Assembly: GCA_019058365.1 (NCBI GenBank)
Contig: JAHPZE010000010.1
Location: 1-64,000, forward strand
Direction of reading: 5' to 3'
DNA from: Promethearchaeota archaeon
Lineage (GTDB): Archaea > Asgardarchaeota > Lokiarchaeia > Sigyniarchaeales > SOKP01
DNA length: 64,000 nucleotides
This document shows, piece after piece, positions 31,100 to 41,674 of the stretch. A program made the translations under genes and the position numbers. Every line of letters starts with the position of its first letter. Within the stretch, counting starts at the first letter, position 1. Under the pieces are notes generated by a model that saw nothing but the letters and a program-made list of their open reading frames with translations, was not told the DNA's origin and did no database searches.

Positions 31100-32377
31100 G
31101 TGGTTAATTTAAAGATGAAATTGAATACTTACATAATTAACATAAAAAGAAGAGTAAAAGAGTTATGGAAACATAAAATATTTCGATATGCTTTAGCTAT
31201 TCATAGTTTTTATTTTATATTTTCAATAGTTCTATTTTTTGCCTCTTTTCAAGAACAAACTGATTTTAAAATTTTTTATGATACAGGAAATATATTTATC
31301 CATGATATTGAGAATCTCTACAATCAAAAATATATTTTACGTGGTTTTAGATATTTTCCATTATCAGCTTTATTTTTTATCCCATTCTGTCTTTTTAATT
31401 TCCAAATTGCTTTTTTAGTTTTTAATGTTTCTAATTTATTTCTTAACTTTCTAATTAGTTTTCTTCTCTATAAAATAATTATATTAGTTAGGAATGAAGA
31501 TCATGAAACAGATGATAAAAAAGTTATCTTGTATGTATGTATTTATTTGATGGGCTTACCTCACATATTTAATTATGTTGCAGGGCAAATAGACTTATAT
31601 ATTACATTTTTAATTTTAGATTCCCTTTACTTATTTCTAAAGTATGAAGATCTTAAATGGCAATTTTTAGCAAGTCTAATTTTAGGCATAAGTATTATCA
31701 TTAAACCTACTGCGTTTTTCCTTATCCCGTTTTTGATCATCTTGAATATTGATTTAAAAAAAAGGAAGGTTAAATTTGATTTTTTTAAAAGCATAACCAG
31801 ATTAATTGGAGTAATAACTCCTGTTTTATTGAACTTTATTCTCTTCTTCTTGTACCCGACATTATGGGATAGTTTTTTGGATACAAATTTTACAGGAAGC
31901 AATCTAATTGTCTTAAGTCCTTGTTTCAGCATTACAAAACTAATAACTAACTTCTGTTATATTTACAATATCCCTTTTAATCAGATTATTGTTTTATTAG
32001 GAGTGATCGGTATAATAGGCGGTTTAGGCTTTATTATTTTTACATTAAAACCATATGAAAAAAATTCTATTATTTATGGATATGCTTTTGGAATAATAAT
32101 TATGCTACTAGCTTACTTTGACTCACAGGATCATCATCTACTCAATCTAACTCCAATATTAATAATAATTATTTTTAATTTTCCTAGGCATTCATCGAAT
32201 ACAAATCCTGTAAAATTCAGTTTATATTTTCTTAATTTTTTTGATCTAATTTTTGTTGGTATTTGGCATATTACATATCTGTTATTTCCTTATAATTTCG
32301 AATCTACTTTCTTCCTTATTTTGGCTTTCTATGGAATAAGTAAATATTGTATAATCTATCAACAAAATCAAATATAG
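31100..32377 (+). CDS. GT87/DUF2029-like glycosyltransferase, tandem paralog
   Basis: DFKIFY, FRYFP, GQ, IKP, DHH; colinear with the upstream gene. Confidence 0.8.
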   Translation: MVNLKMKLNTYIINIKRRVKELWKHKIFRYALAIHSFYFIFSIVLFFASFQEQTDFKIFYDTGNIFIHDIENLYNQKYILRGFRYFPLSALFFIPFCLFNFQIAFLVFNVSNLFLNFLISFLLYKIIILVRNEDHETDDKKVILYVCIYLMGLPHIFNYVAGQIDLYITFLILDSLYLFLKYEDLKWQFLASLILGISIIIKPTAFFLIPFLIILNIDLKKRKVKFDFFKSITRLIGVITPVLLNFILFFLYPTLWDSFLDTNFTGSNLIVLSPCFSITKLITNFCYIYNIPFNQIIVLLGVIGIIGGLGFIIFTLKPYEKNSIIYGYAFGIIIMLLAYFDSQDHHLLNLTPILIIIIFNFPRHSSNTNPVKFSLYFLNFFDLIFVGIWHITYLLFPYNFESTFFLILAFYGISKYCIIYQQNQI

Positions 32378-32389
32378 AAGTATCTAAAT

Positions 32390-32520
32390 TTGAAAAAAAA
32401 AGTACTTACTAGAATTTCTTTTTCTTTTTTTGTTAATAACAAATATTATATCAAGTGCAACTGCTAATAACTCTCAAGTTGGAGTTAATAGTAATCAAGA
32501 AATAATCTAGAAATGTAATT
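32390..32520 (+). pseudogene. Remnant 5' end of a secreted-protein gene
   Basis: TTG-KKK-hydrophobic signal-like start, frameshift, then ISSATANNSQVGVNSNQEII and a stop. Confidence 0.35.
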
Positions 32521-32544
32521 TATATGTAATTTATATGTAATTTA
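32513..32544. repeat. Tandem repeat ATGTAATTTAT x ~3
   Basis: Two full 11-mers plus 10 nt of a third. Confidence 0.85.
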
Positions 32545-33868
32545 AACTAAATTATTCGGAAAAGCTAAAATTAATTATTCTCTGGAACTAACTTATTATT
32601 AAGCGAAACGATATATTAATACTTATTAAAATTTTACCTATTTTTTTACATTTTAAGGCGTTTAATCTTTTAATTATTTTGTATTGCTAAATTTTGGTAG
32701 TTACAAAACCCTGTGATGGGTTTTAAATCTTTCACTACTTTTTTTTTTAAAGGAAATCTTCATCACTAGGTCCAACAATTCTTTTAATGCATTCAACCCG
32801 TGAATAATGTCTGAATTTATACAAGTTTGAGAGCACATCATCAAAAAACTCAAACTCAATTACAGGAAACGTTTTAGATATATTTTTCAATGAATATAAT
32901 TTAATCTTTATCAATTTCTCATATTTCTATCTTTGCATATCCTTCCCCTAAATTGGTACCCAAAGTAAAAAAAAAATCTTTTATCCTAAAAGGAATTGAA
33001 AATTAGTTCAAAAATTCATCTTGAGGGGATTTTAGCAGCTAAATTATAGTTATGGAACAAAAATTATTATTCCAGGATAAACTTCATTTCAAAAATAAAT
33101 ATATCTTTTTTGAAAATTTACCTTTTTGGAAAAATAAAGATTTAAATAAAATTTTTTTTATAAAAATGTCAAACTTTATTGCAATAAAATTCTTGATAAT
33201 GTATATAGACCGCAAGAAATCTTTAAAACATTCAGAACGTGATTTCAAAATGTATATTGATTTTGATCCAAGAATTAATGTGTTTTATCATAATTTCTTT
33301 TTGATGAATATAAAATCGTTTTAAAGATAGCTTTAACAACCCTATTAAACGATAATGACAATTTCTGGGACATTACCACCAATTACAGAGGTTACCTAGA
33401 TACTTAATATGAGAAATTTAACCTTGCAAAATATGTGTATTTATTACACTTTATATAAAGATTTAAGAACTACTTTTATTTTTAAACTGATAATAAAAAA
33501 AAAGAATATTATTATGTATTACAAAGTTCAGATTTAAAAGATTCCAGTCCAATATGTTCTTTGAGATACTTATTACTATTTATGGTAAAAGTCTTGAATG
33601 AACCGGGATTAAAATAATCTAACCATTGACTTGAATCATCTTTATAATAAGCTTCAAACTCTTTTAATTTGACACTAAGTATTCTAGGCATTCTTTATTT
33701 CACAATCAAATCATTATCCTTTTTCAAGCTACATGACTATTTAACATTCTTTCTAATAGAAAATAAAATTTTAAGATGGGTGATTGATTAATTTCTATTC
33801 TAATTGCATTTATTCAAGAATTTGTGGAGTGTTAAAACCATAGATATCTTTAAAAAGATCCTTACTAA

Positions 33869-34474
33869 TTAGGAAAAGAAATCATAAATCCCTTGTTGTA
33901 GTTTTGAAATTATAATCATTAATTTTAAAAGAGCCTCTAAGTATTTCTTATCTTGTGTTACTTGAGGATTCTTATAGTCTCCTTCAAGCGTGAGAATATT
34001 TGTTAATTGCTTTATGTTGAGAGAAATGTGAGTAAAACAGCTTGAAGTTCTATTGTATTTGTTTATAAATTCTTTTAATATATTTAAAGCGAGATCTGAC
34101 TTTAAGAACTCATCAGGATCCAGAAGTCCAGTTGGAGCAATAATATCAAAATACTTTCCAATTTTCTCTATTAATTTCTCACTTAAGATGTCTCATTGTT
34201 CGCTTAGTGCGTAATGTAATCTATTAATTCTCTCTGTAAATAATTTGGAAGTTTCTCGAGTTAAATCCATAGAGACTGACATCCCTATTCTAGCTCCGGT
34301 TTTTAGTTGTATTATATTCCAGAGTATTGTAAATAAAATATCTAAAGAATTTTCGAACTTTTCAGTAATTATCTCATTTTTTTCCCTATTGCTTACTTCT
34401 TTAGCATATTTTGACCCTTTTTTTGAAGATAATTCTAAAAACAAATGAAATAAATCCTTATTGTTAGATATTAT
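33869..34474 (-). pseudogene. Interrupted hypothetical gene (single internal TGA at 34195-34193)
   Basis: Frame continues 107 sense codons past the TGA (DILSEKLIEKIGKYFDII...). Confidence 0.55.
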
Positions 34475-35100
34475 TTTTCCCCTTTAAGTCTATAATTATT
34501 ATTAAAACTTAGCTGCTATATTGAAAAGGAAAATAGCTAAGGTTCGATTTTTAAGGATGTCTTACTAAATGCTCTGACAATAATTTAAAAATTCCTCGTT
34601 ATTATATAATTATTTTTTTCAATTGATTTATGTACTCAAAGAACAGAAAATCAACTTGAGGTAGAGAATCTTTATCTAAATTGTTAAACTGTATGAAATT
34701 TTAAAAAATGGGATAAACTTTCTATATTTAAAAGAAATTAATTTATTCGTGAAAGAAAGCATTCATTATACCTTGAGAATGTTGTTCTGTCAAGGCTAAA
34801 CAAATCAACTCTACCTTTGAATATAGGAGAAAAACTTGGAAATACGAAAAGTGTTTGAGAAAGTTAAATGGTTTGTGGATTGGGAATATAAAGAAAAACG
34901 TCCCAAATCAGTCCAAGCTTTAAGGGTGAAAGGTCAGACATTATTTACTATAGGAGCACTTCCTGATTATCAAATGAAAAGCATTGGACCTGTAAATTTA
35001 TATTGTTATTTCTGATTATGGAGACACTCTTACTGTCTATTTTTTTAATAGGCTTGGAGATAAGTTAGGAAGTAAAAAATACGAGCCTACACCAAAATTT

Positions 35101-36093
35101 ATGAAAGAACTCAAAAAATCTACTACTCTAAAATATCACCTCCCTAAAGAAGAAAAAATAAGTTTTGAAGATTCTACATCGCTTTTTCAAAAAGAATTTA
35201 CTAAAATACATCGACAAATCAATTATAGACTCGGCATTTCTCATAGAGATCCTTCTACAATTTTAGCGGATAAAAGCTTGAAATTCACCCCAAATAGAAT
35301 GTGTGGATGTAAAAAAGTAAAGAAAGAGCTTCATGTTCCTTCTGACATAAAAGAAAAACAATACTTTGAAGTTATGACTATATTCGAATGGTTTTATTCA
35401 TATCTCTCTTCAATAATATCGATGACTGAAGTAGTAAAAAGCAAATTTATCATATCTGAATTAGCGGTATTATTAAGTACGGCCTATAATCCTGATAATT
35501 TTAATAAAATTTCCAAATTAATTCTCTCACCCTATATGATAGAGATACAAAAATATCAATGTAACTTGACAGAATTAATGATTACTACTTTAGATTCAAT
35601 TTCTCAATCGGATAGAGACCAAAAAAATGATTTAATTTTCTTACTAAAGCGATATCTTGTTATCCTACAACACCTAAGACAGTATAAAATAGAATTATCT
35701 CTGATAGAACTTGCACAATCGTTCCAACATTCGTGCGAAATATTCAACTCGAATAATGATACCTATATACTCTATACTAGTGAAAAAGAAGACATTACCG
35801 GCTACTTTTATTTCAAGATTTTTTCGAGATCGCATGAAATAGCAAAAGAACTCAATATGGAACAGTTAGAATATAAGACATTTTTCCTATCTACCATTTT
35901 TGGATTAACCATATTGGAATCAAATGAAGTTGAGACAGCTCATAAATCGCTAAAAGAAGTAATAGATAATACGCATTCTAAGATGAACAATCCATTAGTT
36001 TCCACACAAATAGGTGAGATTAATAATCTTGTCTCAGATTTAATTTCTAAATACATTATCTCTCAATTGTCTATAAATATGCGTACGGTATAA
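35101..36093 (+). CDS. Hypothetical helical protein, probably the 3' part of a gene with a decayed 5' end
   Basis: 330-aa ORF; coding-like frameshifted fragments upstream at about 34830-35100. Confidence 0.65.
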   Translation: MKELKKSTTLKYHLPKEEKISFEDSTSLFQKEFTKIHRQINYRLGISHRDPSTILADKSLKFTPNRMCGCKKVKKELHVPSDIKEKQYFEVMTIFEWFYSYLSSIISMTEVVKSKFIISELAVLLSTAYNPDNFNKISKLILSPYMIEIQKYQCNLTELMITTLDSISQSDRDQKNDLIFLLKRYLVILQHLRQYKIELSLIELAQSFQHSCEIFNSNNDTYILYTSEKEDITGYFYFKIFSRSHEIAKELNMEQLEYKTFFLSTIFGLTILESNEVETAHKSLKEVIDNTHSKMNNPLVSTQIGEINNLVSDLISKYIISQLSINMRTV

Positions 36094-36104
36094 AAGGTAA
36101 TGTT

Positions 36105-36383
36105 ATGGATGTGGTATTAGAAATTCAAAATCCCACCAATTATCCACTACAAGATTTTAAGTATAAATTAATATGGAAACCAGAAAATAGAATAAAGCTT
36201 ACAACCTCAACTGATATAACAAAATCTCGAGATCTTCATGAGATATTAAAAAGAAATTATTTATTTGAGATAGTGGATAAAGGTGTAATTACTCTTACTT
36301 GTATAATCTCCTTTACTAGTCCAATATTTAATGAAGAAACAATAGAAAATTCTATATTATTAGAAAAAATAGTTATAAATTAA
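36105..36383 (+). CDS. Small hypothetical protein (beta-rich), possibly a split-off C-terminus of the preceding gene
   Basis: 92-aa ORF 11 nt after the upstream stop. Confidence 0.55.
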   Translation: MDVVLEIQNPTNYPLQDFKYKLIWKPENRIKLTTSTDITKSRDLHEILKRNYLFEIVDKGVITLTCIISFTSPIFNEETIENSILLEKIVIN

Positions 36384-36826
36384 GTTAAATCTGAATATAA
36401 GATTTTAACCCTAATCCAATTGAGAAAAGGGAACTTACTGAAAAGATTAAAGAGTGTCGCATCACTTTTTACCGAGTAATGAAGATATAACAAATGACAG
36501 CATTGAGAAAGTATCTAAAAAACTCAAGAGATAATCATTAAGTTATAGAAATCTTTGAAGAACATTCCTAACTTCCAAATTTTTTAATATTAACAAAAAA
36601 AAAAATAAATTCTTATATACAAATATTTTATTAAAATTTGTGAAAAATTAAAAAGTTCAATCAAGCAGCATTGGACATTATGAACTTTAATAAGTTTTGA
36701 AGTTTTGGACCTAATATTCATTATTGCTTTAAAGAAATTTATTCTAGTAATATCTGACGTAAATCAATTTTCATTTGTCATAATTCTTTTTGTATTACTT
36801 TATATACAATTTTCTAAAGAAAATTA

Positions 36827-37693
36827 TTATTTTAACAAATCTTTTTTTGACAAATAATTTCTATTATAATAATGAATAACACCCATTCCCGCAGTTCGGT
36901 TTACTCCAACATTAGTGTATTCACCAAATCGGCTTAAAATATCTAACCAGCAACAATTACTCTTATAATCTGCGTTTATGTATTCATAATCGTAAGAACG
37001 ATCTTCATCTTCTAAGAAATGCTTATAATAGAGTCTATTAATTTTTGATACTTTAAATGAAACGCTACCTATACCCCCTATAACAGGCTTCGGCTTTCCA
37101 ATATTTACTCGAACCGTTCTCATATTATAACTACTTACATACACATGTGCGTTAACCCAATTTAACAAGGTTTCACGTGCAACCTCAGAGGTCCCTTTCA
37201 TTATATCATTCCAAATATTCGCCAAATTACCGAAAAAAATTAGAGGGATCGGAAATCTAACAGGATAATCCCCCATACTGGTATTAAAAGAAACAGGACG
37301 GAAAAAGTGAATACGTAAATTGATTACGGGTTGAGCACTCTCCATAAAATCTATTGGATTTATACGCTCAAACTGTATTTTCGAAATAAAATATCGTTTT
37401 TGCCCTAAGGTTAAATATCCCTTTTCATTGGAAATAATATCATTTAGAATTGCATCGCTCAAATCATCATGATAAGTAGTAAGTATGAAGTCTAATTTAG
37501 GCATTTTGTTATGAATGATGTAATTGATCGCATACGGACGGATTTCTTCCCTCTCGTGGAATACATGAACCAGTTCGGGCTTAATCTCATGAAGCCATTT
37601 CATTATTACTGCTCTGAATACATACCCATAAGGATGCTCGTAGGGCTTGATGTGTCCGTCTTCGGGATATAGCTCGAAAGTTAATTTTAACAT
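36827..37693 (-). CDS. cas6: CRISPR-associated endoribonuclease Cas6
   Basis: RAMP pattern, C-terminal G-loop EYTNVGVNRTAGMG; last gene of the cas operon. Confidence 0.9.
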   Translation of the reverse strand: MLKLTFELYPEDGHIKPYEHPYGYVFRAVIMKWLHEIKPELVHVFHEREEIRPYAINYIIHNKMPKLDFILTTYHDDLSDAILNDIISNEKGYLTLGQKRYFISKIQFERINPIDFMESAQPVINLRIHFFRPVSFNTSMGDYPVRFPIPLIFFGNLANIWNDIMKGTSEVARETLLNWVNAHVYVSSYNMRTVRVNIGKPKPVIGGIGSVSFKVSKINRLYYKHFLEDEDRSYDYEYINADYKSNCCWLDILSRFGEYTNVGVNRTAGMGVIHYYNRNYLSKKDLLK

Positions 37694-37707
37694 AGTATTA
37701 TCCCTTT

Positions 37708-39987
37708 TTATAAAATTAGTCCTAATTCTGAATTATAGTCTATATTAAGAAATTCGATATTTTCCGTCTTTTTGTATTTAATGATTTTTTCTTGTTTTTT
37801 TAATTCGATATATTTATAATCTGGAATAGGTAAATAGAATTTCATTAACTTATAAAAATGCCTATTCTCAATAAGGTTTACAGCCTTGTTGTAAAATTTT
37901 AGAGGAATAACCTCTTTAGAACAGAATAAATTGAAAAAAAAATCCTCTGCAGTTTTATTATATTCAAAAGGAATCATATCTTTAATGATTGAGCTAAAAG
38001 CAGATTGAATCTGCTGAGATAGTTTTTGTTCTTCCAGATTATATCCTTTCTGATATACATCATCAAGTAATTCTTGTAATTTATATTCCGATAACGTTTC
38101 TTCATTTGAAAGTGCTTTAAGTGTCTTTTTTGTTATTTCTTGAGAATATATCAAATGATCATACGGTGAGCCTTTCGAAAATACATTTAAAATTCCCAAT
38201 TTTGTTTTTTCAACATTTTTATGGCCAAGTCGATTTACTCTACCCGCTCTTTGAATAAGGGCATCTAAAGGAGCAGGTTCCGTAAATAAGACATCAAAAC
38301 TTATATCCAAAGAAACTTCAATTGCTTGGGTACCTACTAATAAATCGCAATTAATTAGCTCCTTTTCCTTCAAGTTCCTATCTCCTTGAGTGAATCTACT
38401 GTGAATTAAGATTGGATTTTTACTATGTGGTTTCAAATTTTTATATATCTCTTGGGCGGTTTTAACGGTATTACATACTACTAATACCTTTTTTCCATTT
38501 AATAATTCTTTAGTAATTAAAGCTAAATTGTCTGAAATCATTCCATCCTGAATTTTTATCTTATAACGGATCATCTGTTTAAGTAATTGATTATTCAGAT
38601 AAATAATATTTGTATTTTGTATATTTAGTCTGTCTATGATTAAAGTCTTTAGAAAAGAAGGGATTGTAGCAGACATTATAAATATTTTTGTATTAAAATA
38701 ATGAATCAAAATAGATAGCATTTCAATTATTAATGTTGTAGTTCTGACATCATAGGCATGAATCTCATCTATAATAATAAGAGAACCAGTTAATTCTGAA
38801 AATTGTTGCTCAAATCCTTTAATTTGAAAAAATACTTTAAGAATTTGAAAGGGGGTTAATATTTTTATTGGAAGATAAATCTTACGGCAAAGATCTAGTT
38901 TTTTTTTAACCTCAAATAAGATATTCTCATATGATTCATCTTCTTTAGTATCAGCTTTGTATAAATCATAGAGAAATGTATTGGTCTTACTATGCAAAAT
39001 TCCGATTAAATCCTTTTTATTAAATCCTAAAGTAAATCTTTTATACATCGCATTTATACTTGCTATATAAGGTAAAAGATAGAAAATTCGGTTAGAAAAA
39101 GTGGTGTCCATATTATTCCATGCCCATAAGAGGGCTGCTTCGGTTTTTCCGTATCCCGTAGGTGCGATAAGTATGCAATTATCATTGATGTGCTTAGTCA
39201 TATTCTGGATTTCATTTAAAATAAAGGTCTTTATCCATGGAATCTCGGATGGTAATGTTGAGATATGATAAACTCCAGCAGAAGCCAGATGATCAGATGC
39301 AGTTACGAATCCTTTCATAAAGATCCCATATCTATTATAAATTGGAGGACCATAAAAAAATCCTTCTTGTAATCTTAAATTTTTTAATTTTGTAATATCC
39401 TTTAAATACTTCTTAAGAAAGTAGAAGTATGCATCTTGATAACCTATACCAGAACGAGTGTCATCCAAATCACTTATTTTAGGTAAAGTGAAATTAGTTA
39501 GCTCTTTTCCTAAATATTCTTTAGAAAATTTTGGAATAAAATTTTTCATTATATCTGTTAAATGTTCTAAATTACCTTTTATTTCAGATAATTTTTCTTG
39601 AAATCTTTGATAACCAGGTATAATGGGAGGATCAGTTCCATATCTTAAGCGTAAATAACTTACATCTTTATGATGAGTAATGATTGCTAATGCTATTGCT
39701 TGTTTTATAGGTTCAGGATAATCTAAATATCCCACAAAGCCTGCGGATAAAACTTCATGCCTATAATTCCATTTAAATCCTTTTCCGCTCTTTGATAATA
39801 AGTTTTGAAAACCAGATGCCGCTTTTCCAAAATCATGTAAAAATATAGAATAAAAAAGATGTTCAAAAAAATCAGGAACATTACATAAATTAGGAATGGT
39901 CGGATAAATTTTTTTAATTTCTCTAAATATTTTTAAAGCGTTTTCTGTATGCTCAATAAGACTTTCATTATCTTTGGCAAGAATCAT
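37708..39987 (-). CDS. cas3: Cas3 HD nuclease-helicase
   Basis: LIEH, LHDFGK, HE, HH, SDH HD motifs; APTGYGKT, DEIH, MSAT, QRAGRVNR. Confidence 0.96.
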   Translation of the reverse strand: MILAKDNESLIEHTENALKIFREIKKIYPTIPNLCNVPDFFEHLFYSIFLHDFGKAASGFQNLLSKSGKGFKWNYRHEVLSAGFVGYLDYPEPIKQAIALAIITHHKDVSYLRLRYGTDPPIIPGYQRFQEKLSEIKGNLEHLTDIMKNFIPKFSKEYLGKELTNFTLPKISDLDDTRSGIGYQDAYFYFLKKYLKDITKLKNLRLQEGFFYGPPIYNRYGIFMKGFVTASDHLASAGVYHISTLPSEIPWIKTFILNEIQNMTKHINDNCILIAPTGYGKTEAALLWAWNNMDTTFSNRIFYLLPYIASINAMYKRFTLGFNKKDLIGILHSKTNTFLYDLYKADTKEDESYENILFEVKKKLDLCRKIYLPIKILTPFQILKVFFQIKGFEQQFSELTGSLIIIDEIHAYDVRTTTLIIEMLSILIHYFNTKIFIMSATIPSFLKTLIIDRLNIQNTNIIYLNNQLLKQMIRYKIKIQDGMISDNLALITKELLNGKKVLVVCNTVKTAQEIYKNLKPHSKNPILIHSRFTQGDRNLKEKELINCDLLVGTQAIEVSLDISFDVLFTEPAPLDALIQRAGRVNRLGHKNVEKTKLGILNVFSKGSPYDHLIYSQEITKKTLKALSNEETLSEYKLQELLDDVYQKGYNLEEQKLSQQIQSAFSSIIKDMIPFEYNKTAEDFFFNLFCSKEVIPLKFYNKAVNLIENRHFYKLMKFYLPIPDYKYIELKKQEKIIKYKKTENIEFLNIDYNSELGLIL

Positions 39988-39992
39988 ATCTA

Positions 39993-40652
39993 TTATTTAT
40001 TTTTTTGTAGGCCTAATGAATCAATATCATGAATCCAAATCCCAAAATCAAATTCAGAATCATACCAAATCTCTTCTGGGTATGGTTCCCAATTTTCAAG
40101 AATAACAAAAGGTTGCACTCCAATAGCCTCCCTTGGGATATCTTGAGTCATATACACAGGAAGAGACTGAATAATTCCTTTTATTAAAGACGAATTATAC
40201 GGAACAATTGTCTTTCCCAATTTCTTATTTTTTTCTTTAATTAAATCAATATTTTTCACTTCTAAAACTGTTGCAAGTTCTGTTGACCGTCCTAATAATA
40301 AAGGAAATTGAGGTTGTGTAAAATTTATAGTAAAGTCATGATTCTTTTGCAAATAAATGAATAAATGACATTCAAATAGATTTTCTCGTTTAATGATGTT
40401 TGATTTTGCTTCTTTTAGACTTTCTAATTCAAAAATACTTTCCAAATCGATAAATTTAGTATTATATAAGAAAATATATCCCATATTTATATCATACGGA
40501 GTTATTTGTTTCCCTGCCACACACGAGAGTAGCCCATATATTGTGGATAAGGGCGGAATCGGTATAGTTGGCTGAATGCCGATCATAAATCTCGGATATC
40601 GGAAAGAAGATGTCCAAGAATATATATGGATTCGATCTACCTTCATGTTCAC
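39993..40652 (-). CDS. cas5: Cas5 (type I-B, Cas5t-like)
   Basis: SFRYP...PPLSTIYGLL, LLLGRS. Confidence 0.92.
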   Translation of the reverse strand: MNMKVDRIHIYSWTSSFRYPRFMIGIQPTIPIPPLSTIYGLLSCVAGKQITPYDINMGYIFLYNTKFIDLESIFELESLKEAKSNIIKRENLFECHLFIYLQKNHDFTINFTQPQFPLLLGRSTELATVLEVKNIDLIKEKNKKLGKTIVPYNSSLIKGIIQSLPVYMTQDIPREAIGVQPFVILENWEPYPEEIWYDSEFDFGIWIHDIDSLGLQKNK

Positions 40653-41650
40653 TTCATTAATTCAGGGATTATTTTGCTATATTCTGTTAGTATTTCTTTT
40701 ATATCAATCTTATAAATAATATTTATCTTATTTTTTTCCATTTCTTTACAAAATGATTGAATGTCTTGATCTATTGAATCCAAAAAACCTGCCCTTCTTC
40801 CTATATAGACATCTGTCAATAATTGTTCTTTATATTCAATTAAAACCTTTTTCAATGCATCTAAGTTTATTTTGAACTCATCATCTTTTTCCTCAAGAAT
40901 ATTCATAAGGATATGGTTTCCACTATTTAAAGTTGTTAATATTACGAATTTCGGGGCAACATCAGTCAAATTAGAAGCTTGTTTTGCTCCTCCATCGAAT
41001 AAATAGAGAGCTTTTAACACATCTTGAATTCTTTTTATTCTTGAGTCTTTATCTAATACAAAATTACCAGCAATTTCAGTGAGATTTTCTTTAGCATTCT
41101 CTAAATTTTCCTTACTTAAATTCTTAAAACCGGAGCGATTTTTATCGCTAAAGACACCTGCTCTGTCTAAATCAATAGAAAATATTCCCTTTAATATTGT
41201 AGAATAAAATTCATATTCAAAAGGAACTGGATCTCCCTCATGTCTCCCCATTACTGCAAAATCTGCAGTAGGTCTTTGACTGACAACTGAAATTAACGGT
41301 GACGTCTTTAAAACACTTGCTCTAGTTAATGTTTCCGAACCTTTCCCTTTAGGTGCACGCATATAACCAAAAATATCATCATCAGGATACTCTATTGGGT
41401 TCGCTTCAGTAAAAGCAATTTTCTTTTGCCGTTCGATTGGTGATAAATTCCATTTAAAATTTTGTTCCAATGTCATTCTCCACCAATATCTAAAAGCTTG
41501 TCCTGAAACATAAGGATATATCTTATTTCCTTTTCTAATGATTTTAGTTCTTGTAATATTTTCAGTACGCTCACTTGCATCTGTTCCAGCATTATTTAAT
41601 GCAGAATAAGGTGCATCAATCAAAACCAAACCATTAATATTTTTTACCAT
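40649..41650 (-). CDS. cas7: Cas7 (Cst2/DevR-like)
   Basis: ALNNAG, PYVSGQAFRYWWR, DDDIFGYM, R.S.L. Confidence 0.93.
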   Translation of the reverse strand: MVKNINGLVLIDAPYSALNNAGTDASERTENITRTKIIRKGNKIYPYVSGQAFRYWWRMTLEQNFKWNLSPIERQKKIAFTEANPIEYPDDDIFGYMRAPKGKGSETLTRASVLKTSPLISVVSQRPTADFAVMGRHEGDPVPFEYEFYSTILKGIFSIDLDRAGVFSDKNRSGFKNLSKENLENAKENLTEIAGNFVLDKDSRIKRIQDVLKALYLFDGGAKQASNLTDVAPKFVILTTLNSGNHILMNILEEKDDEFKINLDALKKVLIEYKEQLLTDVYIGRRAGFLDSIDQDIQSFCKEMEKNKINIIYKIDIKEILTEYSKIIPELMK

Positions 41651-41674
41651 TTTTTAACCCTCTTACTTTTTAAT

